DNA from: Heterodontus francisci
Lineage: Eukaryota
Assembly: GCF_036365525.1 (NCBI RefSeq)
Contig: NW_027141363.1
Location: forward strand, 1,240,001-1,304,000
Direction of reading: 5' to 3'
DNA: 64,000 nucleotides
Shown one piece after another: positions 58,949 to 64,000 of the stretch (the stretch's first letter is position 1; each line of letters opens with the position of its first letter). The notes beneath the pieces were generated by a model, which did not search any database, was not told the DNA's origin, and was given only the letters and a program-made list of their open reading frames with translations. The position numbers and the translations under genes are program-made.

Positions 58949-60378
58949 GTGGAGGTAGTTGTTGTTTTTGTTGGTGTTTTCCCCGCTGAGGTTTTAGTTG
59001 TACTTGGTTCCTTCCCTGCTTAAGTTGTTGTTCAATTTGGTTTTTGCATGTTGAGGTTGTTGTTGTATTTTTTGGAGTTTTTTTTCCCCTGCTGAGTTTA
59101 TTTTCTCTTTTTCAATTCATTCATGAGATTTTGGTTGAGGCCAGCATTTATTGTCCATCCCTAATCATCTAATTGAGAAGGTGGTGCTGAGCTGCCTTCT
59201 TGAACCGCTGCAGTCACGTGGGGTAGGTAAACCCACAGTGCTGTTAGGAAGGGAGTTTCAGGATTTTGACCCAGTGACAGTGAAGAAACTGTCTTGGCCC
59301 CAAAACAAGGCAGCAGGTTGACGGGTCTTATTGGGTCATAGTGTCATGCAGGTCAAATCCAGGCCATTCAGCCCATCGATCCTAGCCTGGCAGCTCGAAA
59401 GAGCGACCTCCTCCCATCTTTCTTCATCTTACCCTATCAACAGATTCTTCTATTCCTTTCTCACTCATGTATTTATTCAGCTCCCCCTTAACTGCATCGT
59501 CTCTATTCGACCTCAACCCATTCCATTTGGTCTGTAATTCCACATTCTCACCGCTCCCTGGGTTAAAGAACCTCCTCCTGAATTCCCAATTGGATTTATT
59601 AAGTACTACCTTACATTTATGATCCCTGGTTTCCATCCTCCCTGTCCAATTGTTCCCACTCCCTGTTCTTTCTGAATAACCCTGCACTTGATCTTGCAGC
59701 TTGTCTGCCTCCTTCCCAACATTACAACAGTGACTGCACTTCAAAATGTATTTGACTGTTTGAGGCTGGAGTGAAGCAGAGAGCTGTGGGGCCGAATGGC
59801 GCGGATCTGTGCATTGACTTTCATCTGGTTCTGTGCCACAAGCGCCAACACGAGTCGAGTTGGAGAATATAACTAATGACTGAAACAGGTTCAGGGTCTG
59901 ACACTGAAACGCCTGCAGAATCGGTACTTGCAGTTGCAGCTGGAGCCACTAGGTGCCAGTGTTACTCCACTGTCGCCGCTGCCCAGAACATGCTCAGACA
60001 GAGTGAGCTTTCCCCACAGCAGCTCCACAGGTCAACTTGGCAGCTTCTGAAATGTTTCACTTCTCAACTATTTGACAGACACACACAAAAAAAAGCAGTT
60101 AGACTTCATCATGTTTGGTCTTTAATATTGACCAGAGGCCCCCTGGATTCCCATGAGGCCTCCTTAGCTCAGCCCCGGAAATGACCTGTCAACATGTCAA
60201 CATGTGGGAACCAATGAACCATCAGGAAGTTGCCCCTCCCCCCGCCTCCCCCCCAATGGGAACATGAAACACTGGGGAGGAGGGGACAGTAAATGTCACT
60301 CAGAACATTGAGATATTCTGCAATAAAGCAGCTCAGTGATTTCACACAATGAACACATGGATCTGTCTCCCTCCAGAG

Positions 60379-60421
60379 ATGACTGTGTCTCACCTCTGGG
60401 TTGTGTTACTGGTGTTAAGGG
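60379..60421 (+). CDS. TRBV: Leader exon of the V2 copy
   Basis: MTVSHLWVVLLVLR followed by G|GTAAG. Confidence 0.85.
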
Positions 60422-60979
60422 GTAAGGTGGAACTGGACTGGGAGCTGTCAGTCATCCTCACTGCTCTTTGCCTGTGTGACCCCATTGGGGGTTTACCCCC
60501 TTACTAGGCACCGTCACTGTGATTGTTAATTCAGCTGCTCTCTTTCTCGTTTTGAATTCCTTTCTCTCTCCCCCTCTCTCTTTCTCTCTGTCTAACGATA
60601 TATGTACCTCTATGTCTGTCCTTCCCACTCTCCTTTTCTTTCTGTCTCTCTTGCTCTCTCTCCCTGTCCTCTTAGTTCCTTCATGTATGTTGCCCATGCA
60701 TAGATTGTTGCTGTGTTTCTCCCTCTGTGTGTTTGCTTCCCCCTCTCTCTCTCTGTCTCTGCTTCTCTCCTTTTCTCTCACTCTTTTTCATTCTCTCTCT
60801 CTCTCTCTCTCTGTGCATCTCCCCGTCTCCCACCTCTCCCTTCTTACATAGGAACACGGGACATTGAGAACACACAGGAGGTCATTCAGCCCATCATGCC
60901 TCTCCCCTCTTTGTGGCCGATGTCAATTTAAACATTGTCTCTGGGTTTATCTTTCTCTCTCTCTCTCTCTGTTTTACAG

Positions 60980-61278
60980 ATGTGGGGGCCGTGCTGATAC
61001 AACAGACTCCCGCTTCCCTATCCCATTCCCCAGGTTCTCCAGTCAGTATCCAGTGTATTTACCCTGAAGCAACAGCTGGCTCCTATTTCTACTGGTACCG
61101 GTGGCATCTGGACCGTGAGCCCGAGAACCTTTTCTATTCCAACGTCCCCGGAACGGTCATTCCCTCCGGTGAGGTGGACGGTTTCACCGCCAGGAGACCC
61201 GACAACACCCATTTTTACCTGGAGTCCTCCAGCCTGTGGGCGAATCAATCAGCCGTGTATTACTGTGCCTGGAGTCAG
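60980..61278 (+). CDS. TRBV: TRBV segment V2 copy, V exon
   Basis: Protein identical to that of 14962-15260. Confidence 0.92.
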
Positions 61279-61317
61279 CACAGTGACTCAGAAAGGCGCC
61301 GGAGTTCAGCAAATACT
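61279..61317 (+). other. 23-RSS of the V2 copy
   Basis: CACAGTG, 23-bp spacer, GCAAATACT. Confidence 0.88.
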
Positions 61318-62493
61318 CTAAAGGGGGAGGAAAGCACTTGTGGGAGATAAACCTGTCTGTCTATCTCAGTGTCTTTCTGTCTCTCGGACTATCTGCGAGT
61401 TTCTGTGTCTCTTTGTGCGTCTCTGCATCTATCTATCTGTCTATCTGTCTATCGATCTGTATCTATCTATGTCTATCTATCTTTCCATCTATCTACGTGT
61501 CTATCAATCTATCTATAAATCTATCTGTATCTATCTATCTTTGTGTTTACCTGTCTGTCTGTCTGTCTCTCTGTCTCTATCTATCTATCTGTATCTATCA
61601 ATCCATCTGTATCTATCTATCGATCCATCTGTATCTATCTATTTATCGATCTCGCTGTCCATTTTTGGTTATTTGCACCATTTATCTATCTATTTATCTC
61701 GATCATATATATATATTTGTCATCTCTGTCTCTCACAGTTTCATCTTCTTGCTCTCCTTCGACTCAGAGTACATCAATACATTATGAATTATTAAAAATG
61801 CTGCAGCAATGTGCTCAGATCCTTCTCGTTAAGGCAGCCTCTACCTGTAAAGAACAGATTCCGAGGTGGGGTAAATGGGTTCATGGTCCTGTTGAATGAG
61901 CTGTCGGTGGTTTTTGACAAGAGTTACACATAGCTCCCTGTTGTACATGTCCCCAATGATTCATACAATGCAAAAGTGAGACACCTCCCCAGATAGGTCT
62001 CTCACTGGAACACCTGCCTCCTGACGGCGGTTTGAGCATCTGTTCAAAACAGTTAACCCACTTCTTCATGACACTGTCGCTTTTCAAAGTATCTAAGATT
62101 TCACCCCAATGTAAAACATAACCCTTGAATTGTCGTTTAGCACAGGGGAAATAACTTTTGATCTGCCGAATACAAACAAGCAACTTAATGTGCCTTATAT
62201 ATTTATAGAATCCTACAGCAGAGCCGAGGCCATTCAGCCCATCGAGCCTGGCCCGGCTGTTCGAAAGAGCTACCCTTCAACACCAATCAGACACAAGCAA
62301 CGGGAGCCAGATACAGACGGGAAGCAGTTCCTTATTCAAGCTCCTTTCGGCCAGGGGGTGTTATTATTCTGTCATACCCAGAAGTGAGGTGTCAGAAGGA
62401 AACCCTGTTTCCAGTGCTGTCATTTCCGCTCTCTGCTTTATCTTCAGCCGCCTGATATTGGTTCATGAACAGATTCAGCCTTCAGTCTGCAGG

Positions 62494-62539
62494 ATGCAGT
62501 TAGTCAAACTCTTCCTAATCGTCTGCTCTCTTCTTCCAT
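62494..62539 (+). CDS. TRBV: Leader exon of the V3 copy
   Basis: MQLVKLFLIVCSLLP followed by T|GTAGGT. Confidence 0.87.
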
Positions 62540-63008
62540 GTAGGTATTCATTGTTCATAAAGATACCTGTGCTAAAATACTTGCTGTGTTTTCATTCACT
62601 GCTAACTTCTATCAAACTAGATTGATAAAACATCATTGCAGTCGATTTTCTGTCATTTCTTAAACTACATACTTTACTTTCACTGTAAATAATATTTACT
62701 TAATGAAATTGTTGACTGAATGAAAGTTACTTATATATTCGTGACGCTACTACAGCTATCTTTAACCGATAAGTTTGCCCTAATTCTGGGTTAATTTGTC
62801 TCTCTCATGTCACTTGCTACATTATTTTTCAGTCACTATATCTATCTGTTTATTATCTATATATCTACCAATATATCATTTAACTATATATTGTCTGCCT
62901 ATATAGTTATCTAGTATTATCTAATTATCTATTTTGATAGTTATAGTTGGTTATCATATGTCACAATATGTTCTAAACTTTTTTAAACTATTCTCCTTAT
63001 TTCTCAAG

Positions 63009-63310
63009 GCAAAACTCTAGCAGAGGTGATACACCAGTGGCCAACTCTGGTGGCAGTGAAGAGAGGCGAAGCAGCAGAATTAAACTGTTACCAGAATGAC
63101 AGTAGTAAGAGCGTTATGCTGTGGTATCGGCAGTATGCCGGGCAGGGGCTCACCCTAATGGGCTATTCTTACACTGGAAGCTCACCCACGTACGAAGGAA
63201 AATTTGAAGAGGAGGTGAAGATTATAAGGCCCGAGGACAAACGATGCAGCCTGAGGGTCCTCAAGGTTAAGGCTGTGGATGCGGCGGTGTATTACTGTGC
63301 AGCCAGGGAG
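63009..63310 (+). CDS. TRBV: TRBV segment V3 copy, V exon
   Basis: Protein identical to that of 16991-17292. Confidence 0.92.
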
Positions 63311-63349
63311 CACAGCGCTGCAGACTGCCTTAGTGCCAGTACAAAAACC
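63311..63349 (+). other. 23-RSS of the V3 copy
   Basis: CACAGCG, 23-bp spacer, ACAAAAACC. Confidence 0.95.
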
Positions 63350-63712
63350 AACAGGGTGAACAACACAACTGACTGACATACAGGAGCAGTGACAATGGTT
63401 TATGTCTCTCCCTGCCTCACCGGCCGTTTTCCAAGCTGGTGATTCCCGGATTCCTGAACCTTCATCATGGGCTGAATGACAGGGAATAGCACAAGGTCCG
63501 AGGAACAGAGAGAGAAGGAAAGAGAGAGATGTGTCTCAGATCCCCTGCAAAATTTCAAAGTCCTCGTCTACACCGTTTAATTTCTGGCACTGAGTATGTT
63601 AAAACTGAGTCACAGTCTCTGTCCTATACTTGATTAATTAAAAGGTTAATTAATGATGTAAATAAGACAGATAGTTTACATCACCATTGTGAAGCGATGG
63701 ATAGAGTATCAA

Positions 63713-64000
63713 TCATCTACAAGGTACAAGTCAGGAGTGTGATGGAATACTCTCCATTTGCCTGGATGATGCAGCTCCAACAACACTCAGGAAGCTCAAC
63801 ACGATCCAGGACATAGCAGCCCGGTTGTTCAGTACCCCACCTACCACCTTCAACACTCACTCCCTTCACCACAGTGGCAGCAGTGTATACCATCTACAAG
63901 ATGCACTGCAGCAAAGCATCGAGTGTCCTTAGACAGCACCTTCCAAGCCCACCAACTCTACCACCAGAAGGACAAGGGCAGTAGACTCATGGGAACACCA
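63713..64000 (+). mobile_element. LINE 3' fragment (duplicate of the element starting at 17695, cut off by the window end)
   Basis: Same sequence as the first copy. Confidence 0.75.

Larger units (their letters stand above)
53950..64000 (+). repeat. Direct segmental duplication of ~7900-17982 (second copy of the ~46-kb unit)
   Basis: Near-identical sequence. The offset is 46,050-46,058 near the satellite end and 46,018 across the V genes. Confidence 0.97.

Overview
Vertebrate genomic DNA, almost certainly from a cartilaginous fish: it has an HE1/V-SINE, CR1-type LINE debris, a Penelope-like end and DeuSINE-like 3' sequence. The only credible genes are germline T-cell receptor beta-type variable (TRBV) segments. 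Each has a short leader exon, a phase-1 intron, a V exon and a 23-bp-spacer RSS. Four lie in a first cassette: V1 on the minus strand (11817-12309), and V2, V3 and V4 on the plus strand (14361-19653). Near-identical copies of V1-V3 recur 46,018 bp downstream, and the window ends before the expected V4 copy. The window therefore appears to hold about 1.4 units of a ~46-kb tandem repeat. Each unit consists of a ~292-bp satellite array (~18 kb), a 4-TRBV cassette (~15 kb), and a block of five different minisatellites with a CpG promoter-like fragment (~13 kb). I found no D, J or C segments. Nearly all other listed ORFs are artefacts of satellites, microsatellites or LINE fragments. Family assignments are made from memory of motifs, not from database searches.
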